DNA from: Candidatus Bathyarchaeia archaeon
GTDB lineage: Archaea; Thermoproteota; Bathyarchaeia; 40CM-2-53-6
Length of the DNA stretch: 64,000 nt
Assembly: GCA_049517415.1 (NCBI GenBank)
Contig: JBEKSC010000001.1
Coordinates: forward strand, 159,146 to 223,145
Direction: 5' to 3'
Shown here: positions 36,460 through 46,173 of the stretch, piece by piece
Layout: the number at the start of each line of letters is the position of its first letter
How positions within the stretch are numbered: the stretch's first letter is position 1
Notes under the pieces: generated by a model
The model's database searches: none
What the model saw: only the letters and a program-made list of their open reading frames with translations
Told to the model about the DNA's origin: nothing
Position numbers and translations under genes: made by a program

Positions 36460-38790
36460 ATGGTTGATGACCAAGCCGCAGTAGAGAAACTCACGAAGAG
36501 CAGACAACTGCTAGTTGTGGGCAAAAACATTCAAAGACTCGACTCGGCCGACAAAGTGATTGGCAAACCAATCTACACAATGGATATCGTTCCGGAAAAT
36601 GTGCTGTACTTGAAGGTTGTGAGATCGAGCGTCGCGCATGCCCTATTGAAGCGGGTTGACGTTACCGAGGCTAGGAAATGGCCTGGCGTTGCGGCGGTTG
36701 TCACTGCCCAAGATATTCCGGGCATTAACGAGTCCACAGCACTTTTGCCAGACAAGCCGCTCTTCGCGACTGATAGAGTAAGATTTGCAGGCGAACCAAT
36801 TGCGGCCATCGCATCCTACGACCCATCCATCGCCGAGGAAGCAGTCGAATTGGTCAAGCTTGAGTACGAACCCCTGCCAGCAGTTTTCTCTCCTGTCGAT
36901 GCTTTGAAAACGGGCGCCCCAACAATTCACAGGAACGGAAACATAGCCAAGCATATGAAATTGCGAAAGGGGAACGTGGAGGAAGGCTTCAAACAAGCGG
37001 ACCTAATCGTTGAACGCACGTACAAGAGCCAGTTCCAAGAACCTGTCCCACTGGAAACTGAAGCGGGGTTCGTTGTTCCCGAGCCTGATGGTTCGGTAAC
37101 ATGCGTCGGCTCAATTCAGAGCCCCTTCCACGTCCAAACTGGCATAGCCAAAATTCTGTCACTGCGACCTGACCAGGTTCGCGTCATACAAGCCGTAACT
37201 GGCGGGGCGTTCGGTCCAAAGTCCGATGAGATACCGGTTGATGTCTTGGGGATGGCGGCGTTGGTCGCGGTAAAAACCCGGAAACCAGCAGCGCTAGCTT
37301 ACACTCGCGAAGAATCCATGGTAGGACACACGAAGCGCCACCCATTCGTTACGACATTGAAGGTCGGCGTGAAGAAGCATGGCAAATTCACGGCTTGGCA
37401 AGCAACCATGCTAGCGGACACAGGAGCATACGCCTCTCTAGGCCCACTCGTCATCATCCGGGCATGCTTCCATGCAACAGGCCCCTACGTTATCCCGCAC
37501 GTGAAAACAGACGCCTACTGCGTCTACACTAACAACACCATGGCCGGCTCCTTCCGAGGCTTCGGCGGCCCACAGGCGCATTTTGCGGCCGAATCAATCG
37601 CAGACGAGATTGCAAAGAAACTCGGCATGGATCCAATAGACTTCCGCCTGTTAAACATCCTGCGACCGGGAAGTTTGATGGCTACTAGCCAAGTCGTTGA
37701 CGAAGCATGCGGACTCGAAGAATGCATTAGCAAGGCCGCGAAAGAATCAGATTGGTATAGGAAGCGCGAAGAGTTCGCTAAGATGAGGGGAACCAAGCGC
37801 AGAGGCCTAGGCATCGCAATTCTCTACCATGGAAACAGCCTTGGCCCAGAGGGAAACGATTACGCCGCAGTCCACATGCAAATCGACAGGGACGGCACAA
37901 TCAGATTTAGAACTGGGCTCACGGAATATGGGACTGGAGCACCCTCCGGCCTAATACAGATCGCTGCGGAGACCATGCAACTCCCCATGAACCACTTTAG
38001 ACTGGAAGCACCCGACACAGATTTCTGCTCTGACACAGGCCCGACTGTCGCTTCGCGAACGATTACAATCGGCGGCCGCGCAACCCAGATGGTAGCGGGC
38101 ACGTTGAACCAGAAGCTCAAAGATATTGCAGCGGAAATGTTAGGTTGCGCGACCAGCGAAGTCGAATCAGCCGAGGCAAAATACTACCAGAAATCAAAGA
38201 CACAACATTCCTTCTCCTACCAAGAAGTGGTCGAATACGCTTACAGGCACGAGATCCAGCTGAAAGAGACTGGGACATTTACAGCGCCCAAATGCGAATA
38301 CAATCCTGAAACAAGCCAAGGAACAACATACTTGCAATACACATACGGCGCAGTCACAGCTGAAGTGGAAGTTGACACTGAAACTGGCAAAGTGCAGGTC
38401 AAAAAGATGGTCGCAGCCTACGACGTAGGCAAAGCCATCAACCCGCTATCCGTCGAAGGCCAAATCGAAGGGGGCACAGTGCAAGGATTAGGTTACGCAA
38501 TTATGGAAGAAATGATTCATAAAGATGGCATCGTCCAAAACCCCAACCTTGCGGACTACTACATACCCACCTCACTCGACATCCCCGAAATCAAAACGAT
38601 AATCGTAGAATACCCAGGACACCTAGGCCCATACGGCGCGAAAGCAATAGGGGAACCACCAATAGTCCTACCCGCCCCTGCCATCGTCAACTCAATTGAC
38701 AATGCACTAGGAATTAGGCTGTACGAAATACCCACAACACCCGATAAAGTGTTAATAGCCCTGAAGAGGGCGCGGGAAGCCAAAAAGTAA
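36460..38790 (+). CDS. Xanthine dehydrogenase family molybdopterin-binding subunit (complex 2)
   Basis: GGAFGPK, SFRGFGGPQ, TVASR, GPYGAKAIGE. Confidence 0.95.
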   Translation: MVDDQAAVEKLTKSRQLLVVGKNIQRLDSADKVIGKPIYTMDIVPENVLYLKVVRSSVAHALLKRVDVTEARKWPGVAAVVTAQDIPGINESTALLPDKPLFATDRVRFAGEPIAAIASYDPSIAEEAVELVKLEYEPLPAVFSPVDALKTGAPTIHRNGNIAKHMKLRKGNVEEGFKQADLIVERTYKSQFQEPVPLETEAGFVVPEPDGSVTCVGSIQSPFHVQTGIAKILSLRPDQVRVIQAVTGGAFGPKSDEIPVDVLGMAALVAVKTRKPAALAYTREESMVGHTKRHPFVTTLKVGVKKHGKFTAWQATMLADTGAYASLGPLVIIRACFHATGPYVIPHVKTDAYCVYTNNTMAGSFRGFGGPQAHFAAESIADEIAKKLGMDPIDFRLLNILRPGSLMATSQVVDEACGLEECISKAAKESDWYRKREEFAKMRGTKRRGLGIAILYHGNSLGPEGNDYAAVHMQIDRDGTIRFRTGLTEYGTGAPSGLIQIAAETMQLPMNHFRLEAPDTDFCSDTGPTVASRTITIGGRATQMVAGTLNQKLKDIAAEMLGCATSEVESAEAKYYQKSKTQHSFSYQEVVEYAYRHEIQLKETGTFTAPKCEYNPETSQGTTYLQYTYGAVTAEVEVDTETGKVQVKKMVAAYDVGKAINPLSVEGQIEGGTVQGLGYAIMEEMIHKDGIVQNPNLADYYIPTSLDIPEIKTIIVEYPGHLGPYGAKAIGEPPIVLPAPAIVNSIDNALGIRLYEIPTTPDKVLIALKRAREAKK

Positions 38791-38810
38791 GCCAGGGAGA
38801 AAGAAAAGAT

Positions 38811-39629
38811 ATGAAACTTATCCCAGTAGCGTCGGACACTGAGATCATTGAAGAAGCCAACAATTTGATCGAAGCCTCCAAAGCATTCGCTTGGGTAACG
38901 ATAATCGGCCAAGAAGGATCCAGCGCGCGGCACCTTGGCTCCTCGATGATTGTCACGAGCGAGGGTAGAGTGATCGGAACTGTTGGCGGAGCCATTGCCG
39001 AACTCCAACTAATCGACCAAGCCATTTCAGCAATCAAAGATGGAAAACCAAGAACCGTCAAAATGCCCCTCCCTGTATGCGCGGGCGTCATAACCTGCTT
39101 CATCAACGTCTTCCAACCACGCGAAACCTTACTCCTAGCCGGCGCAGGCCACGTCGCCCAACCCATGGCTACACTAGGAAAACTACTAGGGTTCAGGGTG
39201 GTCGTCGTCGACGACAGGACTGAGTACGCTACAAAGGAAAGGTTTCCAGAAGCGGACAAACTCATTGTTGATGACTGGGAGAAAGCGTTGAGGGAAGTCC
39301 CAATTGATGACCAGACGTATGTGGTGATCTTAACCTATGCTGGCGAATCCGATGAATTAGCCCTGAGAACCGTCATCGGGTCAAAAGCAGCCTACATAGG
39401 AATGATTTCAAGCGAATCCAAAGCGAAGGCGATTCTAGGGAAGTTGAGAAGGGATAAGATTCCCGAAGACCAGCTCCGCCGCGTGGTAACTCCAATCGGC
39501 TTGGATATTGGCGCTGAAACTCCAGCAGAAATCGCCGTTAGCACAATGGCTGAAATCATCATGCGAAGAAAGAAGGCTACCGGCAAGCCGCTTTCAATCG
39601 CTGAACGAGAGATCACCAGGACAAGTTAA
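38811..39629 (+). CDS. xdhC: XdhC/CoxI Moco-insertion accessory protein
   Basis: GTVGG, CAG, GAGHVA, YIGMI, PIGLDIGAETPAEIAVS. Confidence 0.92.
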   Translation: MKLIPVASDTEIIEEANNLIEASKAFAWVTIIGQEGSSARHLGSSMIVTSEGRVIGTVGGAIAELQLIDQAISAIKDGKPRTVKMPLPVCAGVITCFINVFQPRETLLLAGAGHVAQPMATLGKLLGFRVVVVDDRTEYATKERFPEADKLIVDDWEKALREVPIDDQTYVVILTYAGESDELALRTVIGSKAAYIGMISSESKAKAILGKLRRDKIPEDQLRRVVTPIGLDIGAETPAEIAVSTMAEIIMRRKKATGKPLSIAEREITRTS

Positions 39630-39727
39630 GCCTCTACGGCTCGGAAAATCACACATAGCTGCAAAAAATTTTGCCCCAGTGCGGTTTACCGATGAAAAGA
39701 CTCCGGTGCAAGAATAAGTTGCCGCAT

Positions 39728-40126
39728 TCATTTCGTAGATGAGCTCTTCGTCTTGTAGAGGATTGCGCAAAGCACTATCAGAACGGTTTGTCCGACCAAA
39801 ACTTGAACGGTACCGAGTGGCACCCATCCCCAAGACCAAGACAGCATTCGATGGAAGAAGATATTGGGCATGATTCTCGTGTAGATGAGAAGCAGGTTAT
39901 CCACTATCGCCATAATCACGAGCGCCACAATTGACAATTTAAATAACTTATTCGCGGCAACGAAAATTCCGCCGAGGATAAACACGACGGTGGCGAAGAG
40001 GAAGTATCCGCCAATCGAGAAAGAGAAGAAGATGGCGCGGATTATTGGGACGTGACCGTAAGCCATTAGGAGAGAATCCAACAGGACGAGCACGGCAAGC
40101 ACATTAGGAGTCTTCAAGTGTGTCAA
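39728..40126 (-). CDS. Four-TM membrane protein
   Basis: Four hydrophobic segments in 132 aa. Confidence 0.7.
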   Translation of the reverse strand: MTHLKTPNVLAVLVLLDSLLMAYGHVPIIRAIFFSFSIGGYFLFATVVFILGGIFVAANKLFKLSIVALVIMAIVDNLLLIYTRIMPNIFFHRMLSWSWGWVPLGTVQVLVGQTVLIVLCAILYKTKSSSTK

Positions 40127-40195
40127 CTACAATGCGTAGTCAAACACCCCGCGCATTTAAGCCTTGACTAAAACAACAGTAGGGTTGAACTAAAT

Positions 40196-40627
40196 TTATA
40201 CGATGTAGTTTGATTTTCTAATGAACGCCTCTGAGATGGCCCTTAAGCTCACCACCTGATCTGGAATTGGGACGTTTCCATCTGGGCTCGGCGCGACGAG
40301 CATATGCGTGACTCCAAGCTTCTCAAGTTCTGTTACCGTGTTCTCGTTTTCAGTCATGCTGCCTGAAAGTAGGGACCTACGTTCCTCTCGTGGGCTAACG
40401 TATTCTGACTTTGGGGCCTTCGGCTTTAGGCCAATGCGAACACAGATATCCTTCTCCTTCGCTTGGGGAATACTTCTGAATTCTGAGACGAGCTTTCTGA
40501 AGACATCTAGGGGTGCGACGTTCTGATGCCAGGCATCCCCAAGCGTGGCAGCACGTCTCATTGCCGCTTCGCTGTTTCCAGCAATCCAAATTGTGAGCTT
40601 AGGCTGGATGGGCGGTGGCTCGAACTG
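40196..40627 (-). pseudogene. 5'-truncated LLM-class (F420-type) oxidoreductase
   Basis: Frame reads *QFEPPPIQPKLTIWIAGNSEAAMRRAATLGDAW, the mid-protein LLM motif; N-terminal half absent. Confidence 0.8.
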
Positions 40628-40884
40628 TTAGCACAGTCCTCGACCGCCTTTACAAGAGGGGTTTGGTCAAACGTTCAAAGGTGATTGAGAGGGGTGGAGC
40701 CAAGTACGTTTACTCATATGCCGTGCCTGCAGCGATGCAAGCTAACTTGGTTCAGAAAGCATTGACCCAACTCGTCAGCGCGTTTGGACCGTCTATCGTT
40801 CCCACAATCTACGATAGTCTTGACCAGATCTCAAAGGAAGACTCTACGAAACTCAAGAGAAAGGTTAGCAGAGGCCGAAGGTAA
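40615..40884 (+). pseudogene. 5'-truncated BlaI/MecI/CopY-like transcription regulator
   Basis: Begins directly at the recognition helix TVSTVLDRLYKRGLVKR..YVY; first wHTH helices missing. Confidence 0.65.
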
Positions 40885-41067
40885 CCCTGATTGGATTTCG
40901 GAATTTAGGGCACATACTTTTCAGACCGCAGAACAATCACGTCGATCGCAATCCCTCTGGCCAGCATAGCGTTACTCTACGGCTTCTTCAGAGGGACGTG
41001 CAGCCCTCAACTCTTACGAGTCGGCACTCACCAATTCGCTACCGAATCGATCAAGTGATCCACTTAG

Positions 41068-42093
41068 CTAAGAGCCACTCCTAGGCCCACAGCCCCGGCT
41101 TGCTTGTTCAAATTCCGCCTTTTCAACTCTTTTCAGTACGCGCAAGGCAGTTAACGTAATCCACTTACTCGGCTTTCCCTCCTTCTCGAGCGCGAATCGT
41201 TTTGGCCGTTTTCTCAACCTATAACCGGCCCCTATCCCCAGATCTGGGTGGACAGCGTCTAGAGTCCAAGTGCCATCTGGACGGCGCTTTTTCTCCAGTA
41301 TCCGCAGAGCCGTCCTTAACCGCTTGTCCCCAGCATAGCCCAGGCGTGTGATGACATCTAGCCCTACCAGTAAATCGTAGTAGTAGTGGACTGGATAATG
41401 AAATCGAAACCAGGGCAAGTATCGCCGACCACCTTGCCTGAATAGTTCCAGGTCGAGGTAGAATTCTACGCCCCTCTCGACCGAACGCTTGATCCGCCGC
41501 GTCCACTTTCTTTTAGGTAAGGCGGCGAAAGCGCTCAGGCCTTCCCAGCAATCGAGAGTACCCCTTCCATGAGACTGTTCGTAGAAGCAATGCCAGCCAC
41601 CGTCATCCATCTGGTTTTCTATCAACCAGTCGAAAGCAGCGAGCACGCGCTTGTCTTCGCCATACCCGCAGACGAGTAGTGTCCTCGCTAAGTTGCCTGT
41701 TATGCAAAGTTCACTCCTAGGCGACTCGCCTGGCGAGTCAAAACCGCCGTCTGGCCGAGCGTACTCGTTCAGGAAAAAATCGCATGATTTTCGGATTCGA
41801 TCATCCTTCGCGGTCAAGCCCAAGTCGGCAAGAACAATGAGCTTCCAAATCGTTGCAGAGTATTTTGGTCGATAGAGATCTTCTCGTGATTCCCAGTATC
41901 CGCCGGGCTTTTGCCCCGCAAGGATTTCGCGGGCCCATCCCACCTTGGGAATGTTCGAGTGGGCTTTTCGGACAGCCGTGCTTCTTTTCGAGTGACCAAG
42001 CAAATGCACTAACGTCTCGTAGCGGATGACTGGCTGATCTGGTTCGAGTAGCCAATTCAAGACATCTTCCTGTATTCTCATTACCCAAACCAC
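41068..42093 (-). CDS. Prenyltransferase/squalene-cyclase-repeat (alpha/alpha toroid) protein
   Basis: QKPGGYW, QMDDGGWHC, RRPDGTW QW-like repeats; PSKWITL C-terminus. Confidence 0.8.
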   Translation of the reverse strand: MVWVMRIQEDVLNWLLEPDQPVIRYETLVHLLGHSKRSTAVRKAHSNIPKVGWAREILAGQKPGGYWESREDLYRPKYSATIWKLIVLADLGLTAKDDRIRKSCDFFLNEYARPDGGFDSPGESPRSELCITGNLARTLLVCGYGEDKRVLAAFDWLIENQMDDGGWHCFYEQSHGRGTLDCWEGLSAFAALPKRKWTRRIKRSVERGVEFYLDLELFRQGGRRYLPWFRFHYPVHYYYDLLVGLDVITRLGYAGDKRLRTALRILEKKRRPDGTWTLDAVHPDLGIGAGYRLRKRPKRFALEKEGKPSKWITLTALRVLKRVEKAEFEQASRGCGPRSGS

Positions 42094-42166
42094 TCATGAG
42101 GTTAGATAGGTGAACTTGTCAGCCGCTGATCGACGAGGAGCTGAGCACCGCAACGTAGAGCCGAAT

Positions 42167-43018
42167 TTAGTCGGTCTTCTGGTCTTTCTTATCTTTCGTA
42201 AGATCCTGGATGCTGACTACGCCTATCGGCGGGAACCCCATTGAAACGCCGGCTGTGGGCGTGTTCGTTGGGACGAGCATAAGGGTGCCTTTGCTCTGTA
42301 GCCCGAGCTCGTAGAGAATGTTCATCCAACGCAATTCCAAAGCACGGATGTTCTTTTCGTACATATTGGCGGCGTCCACCATCTTCTGGGCCGCCTCAAA
42401 CTCTGCCATAGCCAAGGTCACCCGTGCCCTTCGCTCGCGTTCGGCTTGAGCTTGCCTAGACATGGCATCCTGCAAAGCCCCTGGTATTCCGATATCTTTG
42501 ACCTCAACAGAGGACACCTTAATACCCCAATGCTCTGTTTTCATGTCAATTATGTTCCGAGCCTCGACGCCCACCTTCTCGCGCTCTGCGAGTAATTCAT
42601 CAAAACTTACTTTGCCTATAACCTCTCGCAATGTTGTCTGAGCAGCTAAAGTGGTAGCGTCTAGGAATCTTTCGACGTTCAAAATCACTTTCTCTACATC
42701 TACAGCTTGGAAGAACATTATTGCATCGACGTTCACGGGAACATTGTCTTTGGTGAAGGTTTGTTCGGTTCTAAATGGAAACGTTTGCACGCGCGTTGAA
42801 ACGATGTTTGGAATCCGATCTACGAAGGGGATTATGTAAAAGAGGCCGGGGCCCTTCAACCCGGTATAGCGGCCTAGGCGTAGAACGGGAGCTCGTTCCC
42901 ATTCTCTGATTACCCTAATACCGGAAGCTACGATTATTACAACGAAGAGTAGGAGTATGGCGCCTACGATGAACTCAGGCGTCAATAAATCCTCAAGCGC
43001 CAAGGACGTATCCTTCAC
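42167..43018 (-). CDS. SPFH/stomatin (slipin) family protein
   Basis: GPGL, TKDNVPVNVD, AQTTLR, QAQAERERRA. Confidence 0.95.
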   Translation of the reverse strand: MKDTSLALEDLLTPEFIVGAILLLFVVIIVASGIRVIREWERAPVLRLGRYTGLKGPGLFYIIPFVDRIPNIVSTRVQTFPFRTEQTFTKDNVPVNVDAIMFFQAVDVEKVILNVERFLDATTLAAQTTLREVIGKVSFDELLAEREKVGVEARNIIDMKTEHWGIKVSSVEVKDIGIPGALQDAMSRQAQAERERRARVTLAMAEFEAAQKMVDAANMYEKNIRALELRWMNILYELGLQSKGTLMLVPTNTPTAGVSMGFPPIGVVSIQDLTKDKKDQKTD

Positions 43019-44406
43019 TTCTGACTTGGTTTCGGCTTCACCTTTAAGGTTAGCCCCTTTCTGTCGACGATTTCGACTTGCTCTCCCTCTTTCACTTCGG
43101 CACCGATACTTTCAGCTCTCCAAATTTGGCCCTCTATCCTGACTTCACCTGTCGGGGCGAGGGCTAATATTACCGTCCCGACTTTGCCCACCAACCCTTC
43201 GGGGCCCGCTTTTACCTGCATTCGTCTTGCCTGGGCCACCTTGTAAACAACGAACCCAAATATTCCAGACATCACGAGGGCTACCGAGATCAGTGTTTCC
43301 CGCGCCGTTTCGACAGATCTTGCTGCGAGTAACTCCCATCCTGGGAGAGGAAATTCCAGGAAACTCCCGAGGATTACCATTCCGATTCCCGCTATGGCGA
43401 ATATTCCGATGTGCGTCTTGATCTCCAGCAGGGTCAGAGCTACACCAAGAATGAAGAGAAGTATTGCAGCGAGGTTGATTCCTATTGCTCCAAATCCTAT
43501 CAGCGCAAACAAGACCATCAGAGCTCCGGCAATTTCAACGCCGTAGCCTGGGGTTTTGAACCCTATTATGACCGCATACATGCCAACAATGAAGAGGACG
43601 ATTGAGATGATGGGGTTCGATAGGAATGTAAGGAGTTGAATGCTAATGCTAGGTGTGTAATTGTAGGTGGGTATTTGTGATATTCCTGAGAAATCGTAGC
43701 TCTTCGTATGGGTTACATTGCTTAATGTGGACCTCAAAACGAGTTTCCACACTGAAGTGCCCATCTGTGTGGTCGTAAGAATCAGAGTGTAGGGTTGGAG
43801 TTGAGAGAATAGGCTGTCAAGACTGTCGGCAGCAAATTCAACAACGTGAAGCCTAAGTGCCTCCTCGGGGCCGAGGTTGATGTTCTGCGTTACAAATTGC
43901 TGAGCTGCGGTCTCGTTTCTGTCGTGAAGTCGGGCGTTGTCCCGCATCAGTCCGGTCAGAGCGTTGATGATTTTTGATTCATTGATGACTTCCCCCGTCG
44001 CCGAAACTGGTTGAGCTGAACCTATTGTCGTTCCGGACGCCATCACGGCTATGTCCGACGCCATCAAAATGTATGTCCCACCGCTCCAAGCTGTCGCACC
44101 TGAAGGAGTGACCCATACAACAATGGGGATTGGCGAACTGTTGAAGTCATTCATAATATCCGTAACAGACCCCAAGTCTCCGCCGGGAGTGTTAAGCTCA
44201 TATACTATGAACCGCGCTCCCCCAGCGTTTGCCTCATCTATGGAACGCGCCACCAGCTCTACGGTTGGGCCTGCTATGTCTGAACTTATGCTAACGACAA
44301 GTACGCTGCCCTGAGCTGAAGCGGTAGGCTGGAACGCAATGGTCACTACGACTGCAAGAAGGGCGACCAGCATTATGGCCTTCATATCGTTCTGGAGTCT
44401 CTTCAT
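43015..44406 (-). CDS. nfeD: NfeD-like membrane-bound serine protease
   Basis: LNTPGG, AWSGG, IGSAQP, TM bundle, C-terminal OB fold GEVRIEGQIWRA; adjacent to stomatin. Confidence 0.93.
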   Translation of the reverse strand: MKRLQNDMKAIMLVALLAVVVTIAFQPTASAQGSVLVVSISSDIAGPTVELVARSIDEANAGGARFIVYELNTPGGDLGSVTDIMNDFNSSPIPIVVWVTPSGATAWSGGTYILMASDIAVMASGTTIGSAQPVSATGEVINESKIINALTGLMRDNARLHDRNETAAQQFVTQNINLGPEEALRLHVVEFAADSLDSLFSQLQPYTLILTTTQMGTSVWKLVLRSTLSNVTHTKSYDFSGISQIPTYNYTPSISIQLLTFLSNPIISIVLFIVGMYAVIIGFKTPGYGVEIAGALMVLFALIGFGAIGINLAAILLFILGVALTLLEIKTHIGIFAIAGIGMVILGSFLEFPLPGWELLAARSVETARETLISVALVMSGIFGFVVYKVAQARRMQVKAGPEGLVGKVGTVILALAPTGEVRIEGQIWRAESIGAEVKEGEQVEIVDRKGLTLKVKPKPSQK

Positions 44407-44486
44407 TGGTTAGAAAGATAGCTTCCTTTAAAGTGTGCTTCAAACTTACGAACGCAAGCAGTCGCTACAAATAAGGAACCACGTCG

Positions 44487-45146
44487 ATGAAGAAAACGAC
44501 TTCACGAACACAAATCAAGATGATAAGAATAATCGGCCAGCGGTTTCCGGTTAAGGTTTGGAAGGCTGGATCCCCCTTCGAAACTTTAGTTAACACGATA
44601 CTCTCACAAAACACGAATGATCGAAATAGCGACGCGGCAATGAGAAGACTCCGAAAACGCTACCGGATCACACCGGAAGTCCTATCGAAAGTAAAAGTTA
44701 GGCAACTGATCCCTCTGATCCGCTCAGCTGGGTTGTACAAGTCTAAGGCGCCCAGGATCAAGGAAGTTTCAAGGATCGTCAAAGAAGAGTATGGCGGCCG
44801 CCTCTCACCCATACTGAACCTTCCATACGCGGAAGCAAAAGCGAAGCTCATGGAGATGCCAGGGGTGGGACCGAAGACGGCGGACATCCTGCTTGCATTC
44901 GTCGCAAAAAACCCAGTAATTCCAGTTGACACGCATATCGCACGAGTCACCAAGCGGCTTGGAATTGCTCCGACCAACGCCAATTACGAGAAGACCCGGA
45001 CATCATTAGAGGCGTTAATCCCTCCGGAGGACAGAGTGAAGTTGCATCTGTCGGTTATCGCATTCGGCCGCGAAATCTGTAGGGCACCGAGGCCGCGATG
45101 TAGCACTTGCCCAGTTAACGAATGGTGCCCGAGCAGCACCTTTTAG
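44487..45146 (+). CDS. nth: Endonuclease III
   Basis: ILSQNT, HhH MPGVGPKTA, VDTH, C-x6-C-x2-C-x5-C Fe-S motif. Confidence 0.93.
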   Translation: MKKTTSRTQIKMIRIIGQRFPVKVWKAGSPFETLVNTILSQNTNDRNSDAAMRRLRKRYRITPEVLSKVKVRQLIPLIRSAGLYKSKAPRIKEVSRIVKEEYGGRLSPILNLPYAEAKAKLMEMPGVGPKTADILLAFVAKNPVIPVDTHIARVTKRLGIAPTNANYEKTRTSLEALIPPEDRVKLHLSVIAFGREICRAPRPRCSTCPVNEWCPSSTF

Positions 45147-45222
45147 CATGGATTACCAGATTTTTCTCGTCAAAAATGCTTTTTAGCGAAAGGCGTTCTC
45201 TGAACTAGCCGGTGGCTTCTTA

Positions 45223-45414
45223 GTGCCAGTAGAATTAGCAGAAGAGGACATACCGTTCTATGCTGAAGTGACCGCAGGCGGCAGAATTACTATACCCGAA
45301 GAAATCCGCAAGATTTTCGAAATCAAAGATGGCGACCCGGTATTCTGCAGGCTGAAGATAATGCATAAGAAAAAGAACAACAATGCACCGAAGGAAACCA
45401 AACCTGCTACTTGA
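45223..45414 (+). CDS. AbrB/MazE/SpoVT family DNA-binding protein
   Basis: GRITIPEEIRKIFEIKDGD. Confidence 0.85.
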   Translation: MPVELAEEDIPFYAEVTAGGRITIPEEIRKIFEIKDGDPVFCRLKIMHKKKNNNAPKETKPAT

Positions 45415-46063
45415 CAGGCGCCGTCGATAATAGTGTCCGGCCCAGTGGGGTTAGCCTCACTCTAAGCCTCCCGCGTTGTCCACGTTCAACTTCAACAAGG
45501 CCTAATTCTTCCAAGCCTTGGCCGTCTTTTGATCCCCTGATATGATAACTCAGCAACGGTTTTCCGTAATTCGACGTTGCGCTAAGCTTCTCTAAGCTCT
45601 CGACATCACCGCCTGACTGCTCGATTGCCCGCAATATTTCCAACTTAGGTTCGGTGACCACTTGGGTGTAACTGAATTTCATTACTGGAAGGATTGCCGT
45701 CTGGTCACCCATTACGTCGAATGCTTTGACTCCATAAACGAATGCTGCCGTGACACCAGCGCAAGTCAAATGTTTGTCTGCGGACCCGACGTTTATGATG
45801 AAATCCTCGAAGTTCTGCGACTCTTTGCGCACGATCTGGCCAAACGCGTCTAGCATACTCGGTATTGACGCATCTTTGACCTGAACAATTTCGACTAAGA
45901 GTTTTAGTGTGTCCTTGAGTTTGCCGGAAAGTGTTTCTGCTTGGCTAATGTATTCGGGAGACGAAATCAGAATGAGTTTATGAACGGAGAAGTTTCTGAG
46001 CCCTACAAGGACTGCGTCATCGCTGCCGCCGAGAATAGCGATCTGGAGAGTCTTCAGCGGCAT
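45407..46063 (-). CDS. CARF-like Rossmann domain plus wHTH transcription regulator (Csa3/DUF6293-like)
   Basis: IAILG..KLILI..FIINVGSADKH N-domain; C-terminal wHTH SYHI..LEELGLV..RLTPLG. Confidence 0.7.
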   Translation of the reverse strand: MPLKTLQIAILGGSDDAVLVGLRNFSVHKLILISSPEYISQAETLSGKLKDTLKLLVEIVQVKDASIPSMLDAFGQIVRKESQNFEDFIINVGSADKHLTCAGVTAAFVYGVKAFDVMGDQTAILPVMKFSYTQVVTEPKLEILRAIEQSGGDVESLEKLSATSNYGKPLLSYHIRGSKDGQGLEELGLVEVERGQRGRLRVRLTPLGRTLLSTAPVK

Positions 46064-46173
46064 GGTTCGTGGCTTCTATGCGCCTATAATTAAACGCTTA
46101 CAACTTCCCTTATACGGACGTTCGCTTCACAGGGCCGAACTCTTCGTGGCTGTCTACTGGTGGGGGAGAAAAG

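Noticed and set aside
30923..38790. Aerobic CO dehydrogenase (CoxL)
   Set aside because: Active-site loops are AFRGFG/SFRGFG, not AYxCSFR
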